A DNA stretch of 64,000 nt from Camelus ferus (Eukaryota), in NCBI RefSeq assembly GCF_009834535.1, contig NC_045696.1:39868001-39932000 (forward strand), read 5' to 3'. The notes beneath the pieces are model-generated. The model saw nothing but the letters and a program-made list of their open reading frames with translations. It was not told where the DNA came from and made no database searches. The position numbers and the translations under genes were made by a program. Of this stretch, positions 26,910 through 39,545 are shown one piece after another; positions within the stretch are counted from its first letter, which is position 1; every line of letters begins with the position of its first letter.

Positions 26910-27796
26910 TTGCAATTAGGTTTGATTTAATATAATAGGAATCCAAAATACATGACTCAAACAAGATAGCAGATTTTTTTTTTGCCTCATGTAAAGGAAA
27001 TTCAGAGATAGGCTGTCAAGGGCTATCTGGTGGCTTCATGATAGCACCAGTGTCATAAGAATCTACTAAAATTCTGGTACCAATCTGCTATGGGCTGAAC
27101 TGTGCCCCCCCCCCCCCCGCCAAATTAATGCATTGAAGCCCTAATCTCCAATGTGTCTGTATTTAGAGACAAGGCCTGTAAGGAGGGAATTAGGTTAACT
27201 GAGGTTATAAGAGTAGGGCTACCGTATGATAGGATTAATGTCTTTAAAAGAAGAGATACCTGAATGTTCCTCCACCCCCAGAGCCCTAAGCACACAAAGA
27301 AGAGGTCATGTGAGAACACAGAAATATAGCAGATGCCTACAAGCCTGAAAAGAGAGGTCTCACTAGAAACTAACCATGCTGGCACCCTGATCTTGGAATT
27401 CCAGCTTCCAGAACTGTGAGAAAATAAATACCTATTGTTTAAGCCACCCACTTTGTGCTGTTTTGTTATGGTATCCTGAGTTAACTAAGACACCAACCTC
27501 AGCTTCAGGATCTCTTTCTGATGTAAGATGGCTGCTGGAGCACCAGTGATTACATCTGAGTTCCAGGTAATATGAAGGAAGAAGGGGGAAAAGAAAAAAG
27601 GGAAAGAATTCCTCTCTTACCCAGATGAATAAGTGCCCCTTTAAGAAGATTTCCCAGACACCCATGTCTTCAAGCGAGGCTGGGAAATGTAATTTTTAAG
27701 CTAGGCACATTGCCACCTAGAATAAAATCAGGGCTTTGTTTGTAAGCAAGATGGGGAAAATGTATATTAGGTTGGTACTTAGCAGTTTCTGCCACA
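26910..27796 (-). mobile_element. Old MaLR LTR (MLT1J/K/L-like), split by a younger MLT1 LTR
   Basis: Left part gactcaaacaagatagcag...cctcatgtaaag; right part aagatggctgctggagcaccag...gcgaggctgggaaatgta...gcagtttctgccaca. Confidence 0.7.
27086..27492 (+). mobile_element. MaLR solo LTR (MLT1A-like)
   Basis: tgctatgggctgaactgtg...ctaagaca termini; ggcaccctgatcttggaattccagcttccagaactgtgagaaaataaa; flanks ccaatc/ccaacc. Confidence 0.9.
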
Positions 27797-28105
27797 AATG
27801 TCTTCACGGCAATTTTGGCTTTTGGATAGAAATTCTGTGTACTGGCTGAATGGGGTGGGCACCTATGCTGCACTGAATTTGTAAAATGAATTGTCATTTA
27901 GCTGCCATAGACAGCTACTATCATTTGATTAAAGTGTTGGGTGGCACAATATTTTACTTCATCCCTGGGAAGAGTTTTACAAGGTTATTCTCTTTCTCTC
28001 TGAGCCAGGAGAGTCTCAATCAGATATTCCTATAAAAATGAAAATCCATCCTGGACCTATCACTTTGGAAAGGTTGATAATGTTATACTCATCAGAATCC
28101 ATTCA

Positions 28106-31063
28106 CCAAAGTTAGTGCAAGAAAAGAAATAATAAAGATCAGAGCAGAAATATGTGAAATATAGACCAGAAAAATAATGGGAAAGATCAATGAAATTATG
28201 AGTTTTAGAAAGATAAACAAAACTGAAGGAACTTTAGCTAGACTAACAATGAAAAAAAGAGAGAAGACTCAAATAAATTAAATCAGAAATGAAAGAGGAG
28301 ACATTACTAATACTAGATAAACATATAGGATCATAAAAGACTATTCTGAACAATTAGATAATCTAGAATAAGTGGATAAATTCCTAGAAACAAGCAACCT
28401 TCCAAAACTGAATCAAAAAATAAAAAATATGAACAGACCAATAACAAGTAAAGAAATTGAATCAGTAATCAAAAACCTCCTAACACAGAAAAACACAGGA
28501 CCAAACAACTTCACAATGAATTCTATCAAATGTTTAAAGCAGAATTAATGACAATTCTTTTCAAACTCTTCCAAAGAATTGAAGAGGAAGGAACACTTCC
28601 AAACTTAATATATGAGGCCAGTATCACCTCATACCCAAACCAGATAAGAATACTACAAGAGAATTTATAGATCAATAACCCTGATGAAGATAGATATAGA
28701 AATTTTCAACAAAATACTAGCAAACCAAATTCAAGAACACATTAAAAGCATTATAAACCATGACCAAGTGGGATTTATCCCCAGATGCAAGAATAGTTCA
28801 ATGCATGTAAATCAATAAATGTGATACACCACATTAATAGAATGAGAGAAAAAAAATCATACAATAATCTCAATAGATGCAGAAAAAGCATTTGACAAAA
28901 TACAAAATCCTTTCATTATAAAAACCCTCAAAAGACTGGGTATAGAAGGAACATATCTCAACATAATAAAGGCCATGTATGACAGACTCACAGCTAACAT
29001 TATACTCAATCAAGAAAAATTCAGAGTTTTTCTCTAAGATTAGGTACAAGACAAATGGTGCCCACTCTCACCACTCTTATTCAATATAGTATTGGAGGTC
29101 CTAGCTAGACAATAATGCAAGACAAAGAAATGAAAAGCATCCAAATTGGAAATGAAGAGCTAAAACTGTTGTCATCTGAAAATGCTATGATTTTATACCT
29201 ACAAAAAATGCTAAAGACTTAACCAAAAAATAAAACCCCAAAAAACTGCTAGAACTAATCAATGAATTCAGTAAAGTTGCAGGATATAAAATCAATGTAC
29301 AGAAATTAGCTGAATTTCTATAAACTAACAATGAAACCTCCAAAAAAGAAAGAAAACTATCCCATTCCGAACAACATCAAAAACAATAAAATACCAAGGA
29401 ATAAATTTAACAAATGAAGTGAAAGATCTCTACACTGAAAACTACAAGACTGTACTGAAAGAAACTGAAGGAGACACAGACAAATGGAAATACAACTCAT
29501 GTTAACTGATCAGAAGATTAATATTGTTAAAATGTCAATATTACACAAAGCCATCTGTAGATTCAATACAATCCCTATTAAAATTTCCATGGTGATTTTT
29601 ACATAAATAGAAAAAAATCCTAAAGTTTATAAGAAACCACAGAAGATCCTAAACAGTCAAAACAACCCTGAGAAAGACAAACAAAGCTGGAGGCATCATT
29701 TCCTAATTTCAAGCTATACTACAAAGCTATATAGTAAAAATAGTATGGTACTGACATAAAAATAGATGTGTAGACCAATGGAATAGAACAGAAAGTCCAG
29801 AATTAAACCCCCATATATATGGTCAGCTAATATTTGACAAGTGAGCCTAGAACACCCAATGGGGAAAGCATAGTCTCTTCAACAAATGATGATGGGAACA
29901 GTGAATAACCACATGCAGAAACTTAAAATTAGACCCCTATCCTATACTACTCACAAGAATTAACTCTAAAAGGATCAAAGACTTAAACATAAGACCTGAA
30001 ATCATAATACTCTTAGGAGAAAATATAGGGAAGAAGGTCCTCAATATTGACTTTTTTGGATATGACACCAAAAGCACAAACAACAAAAGCAAAAATCAGT
30101 AAGCAGAATTCCATCAAACTTAAATGCTTGTGCACAGCAAAATAAATGACCAACAAAATAAAAAGACAACCTACAGAATGGGAGAAAATATTTGCAAACC
30201 ATATATCAGATAAGCAGGTAATATCCAAAATACATAAAAACTCATACAACTTAATAATAACAAGAAAAAACAATCTGATTTTTAAAATGGGCAGAGGAAC
30301 TAAATAGACATTTTCCCAAAGTAGACATATAAATGGCCAACAGGTATATAAAAAGATGTTCAATGTCACTAATCATTAAGTAAATGCAAATCAAAACCAT
30401 AGTGAGATATCTATCACTTCATTCCTGTTAGAATGGCTAAAATCAAGGAGACAAGAGTTAGCAAATGCTGGTGAGAATGTGGAGAAAAGGCAACCCTTGT
30501 GCACTGTTGGTGAGAATATAAGTTGGTGCAGCCACTATGGAAAACAATATGGAAGTTCTTCAAAAAGAGAACTATCGTATGAACCAGCAATCCCACTTCT
30601 GGGTATACATCCAAAGGAAATGAATACAGGATACTGAAGAGACATATGCATGATTCACAATAGCCAAGATAAGGAAAGAACCTAAATGTCCATCAATAGA
30701 TGAATGGATAAAGAATTAGTGATACACACACACACACACAAATGCGCACACACATAAATATTTTTCAGCCATAAGAAAGATGGGAATCCTGCCATTTGTG
30801 ACAACATGGATGGACTGTGAGGACATTTGAGATTAAGTCAGACAGAATGAGATGAATACTGTTTAATATTATTTATACGTGGAATCTGAAAAAATCAAAC
30901 TTGTAAAACAGAGTTGAATGATGGTTAACAAAGTTTGGGTGCTGGGAGAATAGGAGAGATGCTGTTTAAGAGTACAAACATAACTGGTAGATAGACAATG
31001 CACAGTATAGTCATTATAGACAACAACACTGTATTATAAATATCAAACTTTCTAAGAAAAAAA
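28106..31063 (+). mobile_element. About 3-kb L1 (L1MA-like), degenerate ORF2 RT to 3' UTR
   Basis: Continuous L1 ORF2 similarity (atgaccaagtgggatttatcc = HDQVGFI, atctcaatagatgcagaaaaagcatttgac = [10 protein letters not shown]) with many stops and frameshifts. (CA)n near 30724; ends in an A7 run. Confidence 0.97.
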
Positions 31064-31849
31064 GGATTCATTTAGGTAATTCAAATTGAGCTATAGCATT
31101 TTGATTTCAAAGTGAGGGTGAACTAAAAGTTCTCGTCTTCTGAGGGGAGAAGCAGGAGCAGGTAATAGGAGAGAGCCACGCTAGGTGTGCAATACCAGGG
31201 AAACCAATCTCCAGAACTGTTGAGGTAGAGGGTGGAACTCTACAATTCAATATCATCCTATGGTAGTTTTTAAGGTTTGAGTCCACAAAACTAGTACCAA
31301 TAATTGGGAGATTTTTGAAATGCTGTCACCATCCTGGAATTCCTATTTAACCACAAAGAGCCAGAGTGCTTTCCATGTTTAAACTGAAATGGATAACCAC
31401 CACTTCTTAGTCAGACCCAAACAGGTTTGGACTGGGGAGCCTGTTCCCTGATATCCCTAGTTGACTCACTGTCATTTTATTAACTCTGTGGCAATCCTGC
31501 AGTTATGCAATAAATGCAATTCTACATTTTACCCAGTTGCATTGTTCGGTCCCATTATGACACTATGACCATTTCTACTGTTTTTACATCACCATCTGAC
31601 ACCATCTGAAAGGGGAAAGGAAATAATATCCAACTGCTATATATCACAGGATCTAAGGCCCTTCTGTCCAGAATATCTAATGGCATTTCACCACTGAAAA
31701 CTTTTATTTTATTTAATAAGCATCTTTAGAATGTAACTACCTGGGAGTTAAGGAATTTTGCCCATGGTACACAAAGCACTAGTGGCTGAGCAGAGTTGTA
31801 AGTAATACTGTGCATACCTCAACCACAAAGTTTCATTTAGGGTCACAGG

Positions 31850-32075
31850 TACCATTTATTGAACAATCATTATATGCCAGGTTCTTTGCTCACCATTCCA
31901 CATCTATCATTCCTATTTACTCTATAATCATCCCCTGAGCTCTGGATTATTACCATTTTACAGATGAGGAAACACAGAGAGGGCTTAAAACTGGCCCAAG
32001 AAGGTGAGCAATAACTAAGACCAATTTGATATCTCTTCCAAGCCTGTATTCTTAACCATATGCCAGATTCCATAA
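31850..32075 (-). mobile_element. MIR
   Basis: ccattttacagatgaggaaacacagag...ttcttaaccatatgc. Confidence 0.85.
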
Positions 32076-32089
32076 CATAGAAGGAGGAA

Positions 32090-32300
32090 GCATGTTGTCA
32101 TAACTCACTGCTTGGGCTCTGGAATATGGATTAAAATCCTGCCTCAGCCTCTTACTAGCTCTGTAGTATTGCACAATTTATTCAAACTCTCTATAGAGTG
32201 GTATCTTTCTTTACTTGTGAAATGGGAATACTAAAAATACTTACATTCTATGGTTGGGATGAATAATAAATGAGAGATACTATCCTATGGCTGTCCAAAG
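32090..32300 (+). mobile_element. MIR
   Basis: gggctctggaat...aatcctgcctcagcctcttactagctctgt...tgtgaaatgggaata. Confidence 0.8.
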
Positions 32301-32829
32301 CATTCTCCAGCATTGCTTTCCACAATGACCTGGGGCCCTACACCCAGCTATTTGTTATTTGGGAAAATAACATGCTTAAATTCATTTATGATAAGTTAAT
32401 CAGTATTAGTTCACTCTGCTATTTAAGCAGAAGAATTCTGAACACTGTGGTGGCATATATTTTAAAGCAACAGAAATTTACACTTCAAAAGAAATCTCAA
32501 GCGATAACCAAACTATATAGTCCAGACAAGAGCAGGAGTCTCACTAAAATTCCTCTCAGGTTTTGGTAGCTGGTTAGGCATGGTGATCCTAGGGATGGGA
32601 TATTTGGAAATTAGTGGTGGGGTTCAAAATGGGGAGCTCAGCCTGGGCTTGTGGTGACTGTGGGACATGAGACAGAGGGATAGCAGGTAGATGCAGAGAG
32701 GTCTCAAGCTCAGGATGGATTTTGAACTGGAGACACAGGTATGGAGGGATGGGGTGCTGTGTGCCTTGTGAGGTATAAATCAGTCAACACTGGGTGTTTG
32801 CAAAGGCCAGGTGAATGGAATTAGTATGC

Positions 32830-33700
32830 AAAATGGAGACAGAACCACAGATAGGAGAAAAAAATACCTTAAACACTGGGTGGATGAAAAGGAATGCGTG
32901 GAAGAATCCAAGAAGGAAGGGCATGAGAGGGAGGACAATAATGGAGAGGAGAGCCACAGAAGCTGTTCTAGAGATGCAAACCATATCCTCCCTGCCACCA
33001 TGTTGGGGGGCATGCCCACTCACCAGCACAATCTGAGCACCCCTGAAATTAGACCTCAACCTACTGACCAAAACTGACACAGAGACCATGACTTGACATA
33101 AGACTCAAGCTGGGACAAGCTGATTCCTTCTTCTTGATGGGTGTAACTGTAATGAAAGACTCTAGCCATTTTACTGGGCTTTTGCACTAGAGGCCATGGA
33201 ATCCAGAGTCAGGTCAGCCATTCAAGACTAAAGCAGAGAAAACAGATCTGAGAAGTAATGAGAGAGTCAGTGGGCATAGGGTGCTTGAGAAAGAAACTTA
33301 GGTTGCAACTTTCTGGTTCCAGTTGCTCAGAGGTCCAGAGGGTTATCCACCTGTGGGTTTTGTTACTTAGGCTGCCTTGAGCAGTTTGTGTTCCCAGCAG
33401 CCCCAGATCAAGGCAGAAATCAGGGGAAGAAAGCATTTTAAGGAGGTTGTGGTTAATAGTATTTAGTGCTGCAACAAAATTAAGGATACAGTCTGAAACA
33501 TATCCATCTATTTGGTGAGGAAATAAGGATTGGCCTTGCAAAGGGTATACCCTGAGTACTGACAGTGACAAGACTTATGTGGCAGTTTGGAGAATGAAGT
33601 GGATGCAATCTGGCTCTTCACAGGAGAAGAGTGAGGAGTAAGAAGGTGTAGATTTTTTAAAATTAAAATTAAGGGCAATTTGCTGGGAGCAAAGAGCCCA
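32830..33700 (-). mobile_element. Degenerate L2 with interspersed old LTR-like sequence
   Basis: Purine-rich L2-like tracts (aagaaagcattttaaggagg, gtgctgcaacaaaattaagg). Boundaries uncertain. Confidence 0.4.
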
Positions 33701-33723
33701 TAGAAGGAGCATCTTTGCTGACA

Positions 33724-33978
33724 CAATGGTCTGCAAAGCAGAGAGTGTGGGATGCTGTGTGCCCTATGAGGTACAAAGTGATTCATGAGGGTGCAGGAAA
33801 AAAATGAGAACTTTTAAATATTTTTTCTCATTTTGAATTATTTATATGTAGTTTTCTAATGTATGTATTATAAAATGGTACAGTTGTATAATTTATAAAT
33901 ACGTATACATATATTGTGGGTGTGTGGTCAATAATTCTATTGATAGACGTGCATAATCAAGAAAGTCTGAGGCTACAG
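33724..33978. mobile_element. hAT-Charlie-type non-autonomous DNA transposon
   Basis: caatggtctgcaaag...aagtctgaggctacag are decayed terminal inverted repeats around an AT-rich core. Confidence 0.65.
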
Positions 33979-34674
33979 CACTAAAGTGTCAAAGAAGCAG
34001 GATGTTCACTCTCCTAAAAGCCAATAGGGTACTGTATATCACAGAAGTGTCTACATGAAGGCCAATGTTTTGGCAAAAAACTAAAACAGTGAGAAAAGGT
34101 ATATCCTCAATCTAAAGAAGTTTTGCATTTTTTATCCCATTTGCTTTGTGCTTCCTTGAAGCCTTTACTTCTTTCTTAATGAGGTGAGCTTTATGATGCT
34201 GGAAACAGAGTGGAACTCAAGTATTTTTTACTTCATTACTTTTCCAGACCAAAGACTCTTGGTCATCAATGACCGATCATAGCATACCAAAAAAAAAATC
34301 AGGTATGAAATAAAACATTTCCATAAAACAAGTGCCAGTAGAGTCTGTTTTCCTTTTTTCCTTAACTCAGTGGTCTTCAGATGTCCTCTGAAGGCTTATT
34401 TCTAACCAGTCATGGAAAAAAAGGAAAAAAAGTTTTCTGATTTCTAAAGCTAAGGCTTTTTTTTTTTTCTTTTGTTTTGTTTTGTTTTACATTTGAGATA
34501 GAAAAAGAACATAGAAAGCAGAAAAAAATCTTGTTCCAAACATTGAGAAACTCAGTCTTCCTACAGCTTTATAATAATTATAATAAAAGTTCAATCAATT
34601 CAATGGCAACAGGTTCATTTTCATGTGTTGTACATCTTTAGGCCACTAGAACACAGAATTTAAAGCTCATGTGA

Positions 34675-35867
34675 TAAATACTAGCAATGTTCTTGTAGGG
34701 CAGTCTACTCAGGCAATGGAAATAAGAGCAAAAATTAAAAAGTGGGACCTAGTTAATCCTACAAGCTTTTGCACAGCAAAGGAAACCACAAGCAAAATAA
34801 AACAACCTATGGAATGGGAGAAAATATTTGCAAATGATGTGACTGACAAAGACTTAATTTCCAGAATATATAAACAGCTCATATAGCTTAATAACAAAAA
34901 AAACAAACAATCCAATCCAAAAAATGGGTAGAAGACCTAAACAAGCAATTCTCCAGTGAAGACATACAAATGGCCAACAGACACATGAAAAAGTGCTCAA
35001 TATCACTAATTATCAGAGAAATGCAAATCAAAACTACAATGACGTATCACCTCACACCAGTTAGAATGACCATCATTTAAAAGTTCATGAATGATAAATG
35101 ATAGAGAGGCTGTGGAGAAAAGGAAACTCACCTACACTGTTGGTGGAAATATAGTTTGGTGTACCACTTTGATACAGTATGGAGATTCCTCAAAAAACTA
35201 AAAACAGATTTAACATATAATCCAGCAATCCCACTTCTGGATATATATCCGGAGGGAACTCTAATGCGAAGATACTTGCACCCCAATGTTCATAGCAGCA
35301 CTATTTACAATAGCCAAGACATGGAAGCAACCTAAATGTCCATCAACAGATGACTGCATAAAGAAGTTGTGGTATATTTATACAACGGACTACTACTCAG
35401 CCATAAAAAAGAGTAAAATAATGCCATTTGCAGCAACATGGATGGACCTAGAGATTGTCATTTTAAGTGACATAAGCCAGAAAGAGAAAGAAAACTACCA
35501 CATGATATTACTCATATGTGGAATCTAAAAAAAAAGAGAAAAAGAGGACACTAATGAACTCATCTATAAAACAGAAACAGACTCATAGACATAGTAAACA
35601 ATCTTACGGTTACCAGGAAAAGGGAGTGGGAAGGGATACATTTGGGAATTTGAGACTTGCAAATGTTAGTCACTGTATAAAAAATTTTAAAAACCCCACA
35701 AATTTCTTCTGTATAGCACAGGGAATTCTATTCAATATCTTATAATAACCTTTAATGAAAAAGAATACAAAGACAAATATATGTATGTATATGCACGACT
35801 GGGACATTATGCTATACACCAGAAACTGACACACTGCAACTGACTATACTTCAACTAAAAAAAAGTT
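34675..35867 (+). mobile_element. 5'-truncated young L1 (ORF2 C-terminus + 3' UTR)
   Basis: Peptides EWEKIFAN and MFIAALFTIAKTWKQPKCP. Perfect 12-bp TSD aagctcatgtga at 34663-34674 and 35868-35879. Same 3' UTR type as 12421-14591. Confidence 0.97.
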
Positions 35868-36868
35868 AAGCTCATGTGAAAAGGCAGAGTTTTCTTTTTC
35901 TCTCCAATTGGGTGAGAGTGGGAGTATTTAATAAAAAAGTAAGGACACATGTTTTTGGCATAATGGTGTGTAGGAGAATTGTAACTTAGCAAGGAAAGGC
36001 TCATCTTATAAATTCTGCTCAATGAAGGTACAGCCAGGATCCTGGGAGGAGGTGGGATAACAAGAAATAAATGATCAAGAGAATTGGGCTGAAAGTGAAG
36101 AGTAAGTGGAAATCACAAAGGAAAACTAGAGGGCTGAGGCAAACTACTGGATGGTCATCTGAAGCAGATTCTATATGAATTAAAGGCGAGTCATTCAGAA
36201 AGGTTAAAAAAAGTTTTGTATTTTTATCATCTATTAGAATCTATGTGTGTGAACAACCCATAACATGAACTTTTTTCTGGCCATAAACCTCCTAGAGGCT
36301 ATATCACACCTATGAGATTCTGAATAATTGGGCTGCCGGACTGCTATCTGGTTGCAGTATCTACCCATCATTAATTTTCAGAAGTAACCCAGCAGATTCT
36401 CCCCACCAGAGAACATCACCCTTTACTGCAGAAACTGTTGTTATTTCGGAAACTTTCCACAATTTAGCGTCTGACTTTTCCAGAGAGAGAGGTAATCAAC
36501 TCTAAGTCCTAAACCTATAACCGAGTTTGTACCAAGTATCAGTATTATTTCCCCACTGAGCTTAGTTTTAGTAGAAATATTAATTCTTATTTCTTTACTA
36601 TATTTTGCAAAATTTATTTCTGGTATTAATTTAGGTTTCAGTTAGCTTTGCCCTATTTTGGCATATATATAGGCCTAAGTATGATAATTTCCAAATACTA
36701 TCTTTTCAAGGCAAAGTCTAGTAAGGGGCCAAATGACAACCAGAATTTTGAGATTGAAATAATTTATAAGCCCACAGTTCATATTTTATATATTTATAAG
36801 TTTATAGTTTGCTACACACTCCTCTGAGCATATTTAAGTGATAAAATTTTGAATTATGCATAAGATAG

Positions 36869-37235
36869 TGTGATAGTTAATTTTATGTCACCTTGGCTAG
36901 GCTATGGGGCCCAGTTGTTTGGTCAAACACTAGTTTACATGTTGCTGCAAAGGTAAATTTTAGATGTGGTTAACTAAATTAGTAAGTAGACTTTGAGTAA
37001 AGTAGATTACCCTCTATAATGTGAGTGGGCCTCATCCAATCAGTTGACAGCTTTAGAGAAAAGACTGAGGTCCTTGGAAGGGGAAGGATATCTGCTTTCA
37101 GACTGCCTTTGGAATCAAGACTGCAACATCAACTTCTGCTGGAATTTCCAAGCTGCCAGCCTGCTCTGCAGATTTTAGATCTGCCAGTGTCCACAATGGT
37201 GTGAGCCAGTTCCTTAAAATTTCTCTCTCTCATTC
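36869..37235 (+). mobile_element. MLT2-type ERVL LTR (3' end missing)
   Basis: tgtgatagttaattttatgtca...gggcctcatccaatcagttga...gtgagccagttccttaaaat. Confidence 0.88.
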
Positions 37236-39292
37236 ATATTTATATATGAATATAAATAGAAAAAAATTCCAACTTTCTGTGTAAATTTTTTCCTTCTCAA
37301 AGCAATTGAAGAAATTATGACATTCTTTTGAGAATGAATAAAGCCATGTAAACATATGTATTCACATATCAAAAAAATTTTTTAACCAAGTAAATAATGG
37401 GAAATGAAACACGGGGAGAGACATGTGTGCCCAGGGAATGCGCATCTCACCAAGCATACCAGGGAGGGTAGTGGAGCTAGCTGACTTCATTTTTAAATGT
37501 CCTGTTGAGAGTACCCCCTTGATTCTGTTAGTTTCCACACCTGCTCGTCGGGAGAAGCACTGTCAAGTCTGAAGTGAAGTCCTGACGACGCTAGCCTTAC
37601 TTCACCCAGAATATCCTTTGTGGAAGCTGCAGTCCAAGCATTTCAATAGCTGTGGTTAGTGCACCATTAACAACTGAATCAAGATTTTGAAGGTTATTCA
37701 AAGTTTTCCAGATGCTGAGTCCATACATGCATTCTATCTGAAAATCAGTGTGCTTAGATACACAAAGGTTTACCCAGTAATAACGAATGTTTTGTTTTGG
37801 CTGCTACCCAGTGTAAGCAACTGTAAGAGATTCCAGTAATTTCTTCCTTGATGTGCTGATATTTAGTAAGTTAGAAATGTCTGTCTTTCAGCAAACAGAT
37901 TTTATGCCTCACCTTTTAACTCTAAGACATCTGTACAGTTAGAACAGAGTTATGGAATACCAAAAGTTTGGGTAAGTTCGAGTGCTTCACTTAAATCTTT
38001 GGTTCCCCAGATAGTCCCTGAATTACAAAATCATCTGCATGATAGTTTCCCTTTTGGGGACTGTTTTTTATTCTTGCCTTGAAAAGCTAACTAGTCAGTC
38101 TGGCTGGCCTGATGCTCACAGAGGGTCATATTGAACCACTACTGAAATGCCTACAACTATCTATTTTCCAATTCTGTTGTAATTGTGGAAGCACAGCTAG
38201 AAAAAAACTGGTTGATTTTAGATATTAACCTTGTCTAATTATGGAATAAATAAAATACAGCTTAAGGAGAAACTCATTCAGGTGCAGTGGGATTAGCCGT
38301 GGAAATTCTCAGACCAATTGCAGGTATTTCTCCATTTACCTTTTAATCACATAGATGTCCCTGGTGTTCAGGGATCATGGTGAGAAATCTGGGATTTGAG
38401 TGCACTGGGATATTAGAATTAAATGTGTAAATGTGATGCATATTTAATCATAGTCACGTCTTATTCAGTGTATTTTGAATGAATTGCTTATCTTTCTAAA
38501 AGGTACATTCATTCTACCAATTTCAGTAGTCCTAGGTTTCTCCCAACTTGCCCTCTTATTCATATCAGGAAAGAGTCTTATTTTCGTAAGGCCAAGATAG
38601 AAAAATAATCTATTATTTCATTTTGTCAGGACCAAGTTGGATCAACAAACCTAGGAGAGTGAGTTTAAGTTGTCAAAAGAAAGACAGATGAAAAAATATC
38701 TCAGACTAAACATTTACACATCATCTATCTGGACTTGACTTTGACAAATCTGTTTTTAAATCTCTGGTAATGTGTCACAGACAGCAGAATAAGTGGTCCT
38801 GAGGGCTGCCAGCCTCTTATCCAGGGACGTAGGTGGCCAAAGGCATCTGACCATCGTTGTGAAGATTCAGAAAGTCTGAATAAACATCAACATTTTCATA
38901 AGGAAGCCGAGGAATTCCAGATGCACCAACCCAGTGAGAGAAAAACTCTGGAAAGGAAACTGTGGCAGACGCTCCCACACCTCTTGGACAGACATCCACA
39001 GTCCACATTTCCTACTTGGGGGCATCTACTTACCCCTAAGTGTGAGAACTGAGCAAATATCACTTTCATAACCCAGTCCAGTGAAGGCACATTTTGATTC
39101 CAGAAATTAAGCAAGCTGACCAAAGGAGTCTACCTATGAACATTTCTGGCCACTTTCTCCCAAACTGAAACAAGAATGACAAGAAACATTTTTCCTTGGA
39201 GAAGAGAATCCTGCTGAGATTTTAAACTCTGTTCTAGACAGGCTCTAGCCTCTAGGATTTTAGGTAAGACTAAGTCAGTTAAAAAGAATTGT

Positions 39293-39545
39293 TTTACAGA
39301 TACACATTACTAGATATTACGTTTCTATATAAATTCTATATAAAGATTACCAGATATAAAATAGATAACAAGGACCTACTGTATAGCATAGGGAACTATA
39401 TTCAATTTCCTGCAATGAGCAATAATGGAAAAGAAACTGAAAAAATATATATGTGTGTATGTATATGTATAACTGAATCACTTTGTGGTACACCTGAAAC
39501 TAACATTGTAAATCGGCTACACTTCAATGAAAAATAAGAATAAAG
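39293..39545 (+). mobile_element. Short L1 3' UTR insertion
   Basis: acaaggacctactgtatagcatagggaactatattcaa...gtacacctgaaactaaca. 11-bp TSD aaaagaattgt at 39282-39292 and 39546-39556. Confidence 0.92.

Noticed and set aside
31850..32300. Head-to-head MIR pair as a dsRNA hairpin
   Set aside because: The copies are too diverged to give extended complementarity by eye, and the arrangement is common.
38790..39010. Possible MER20-like element or coding exon
   Set aside because: Only faint similarity, no clear terminal inverted repeats, and the peptides are not recognisable.
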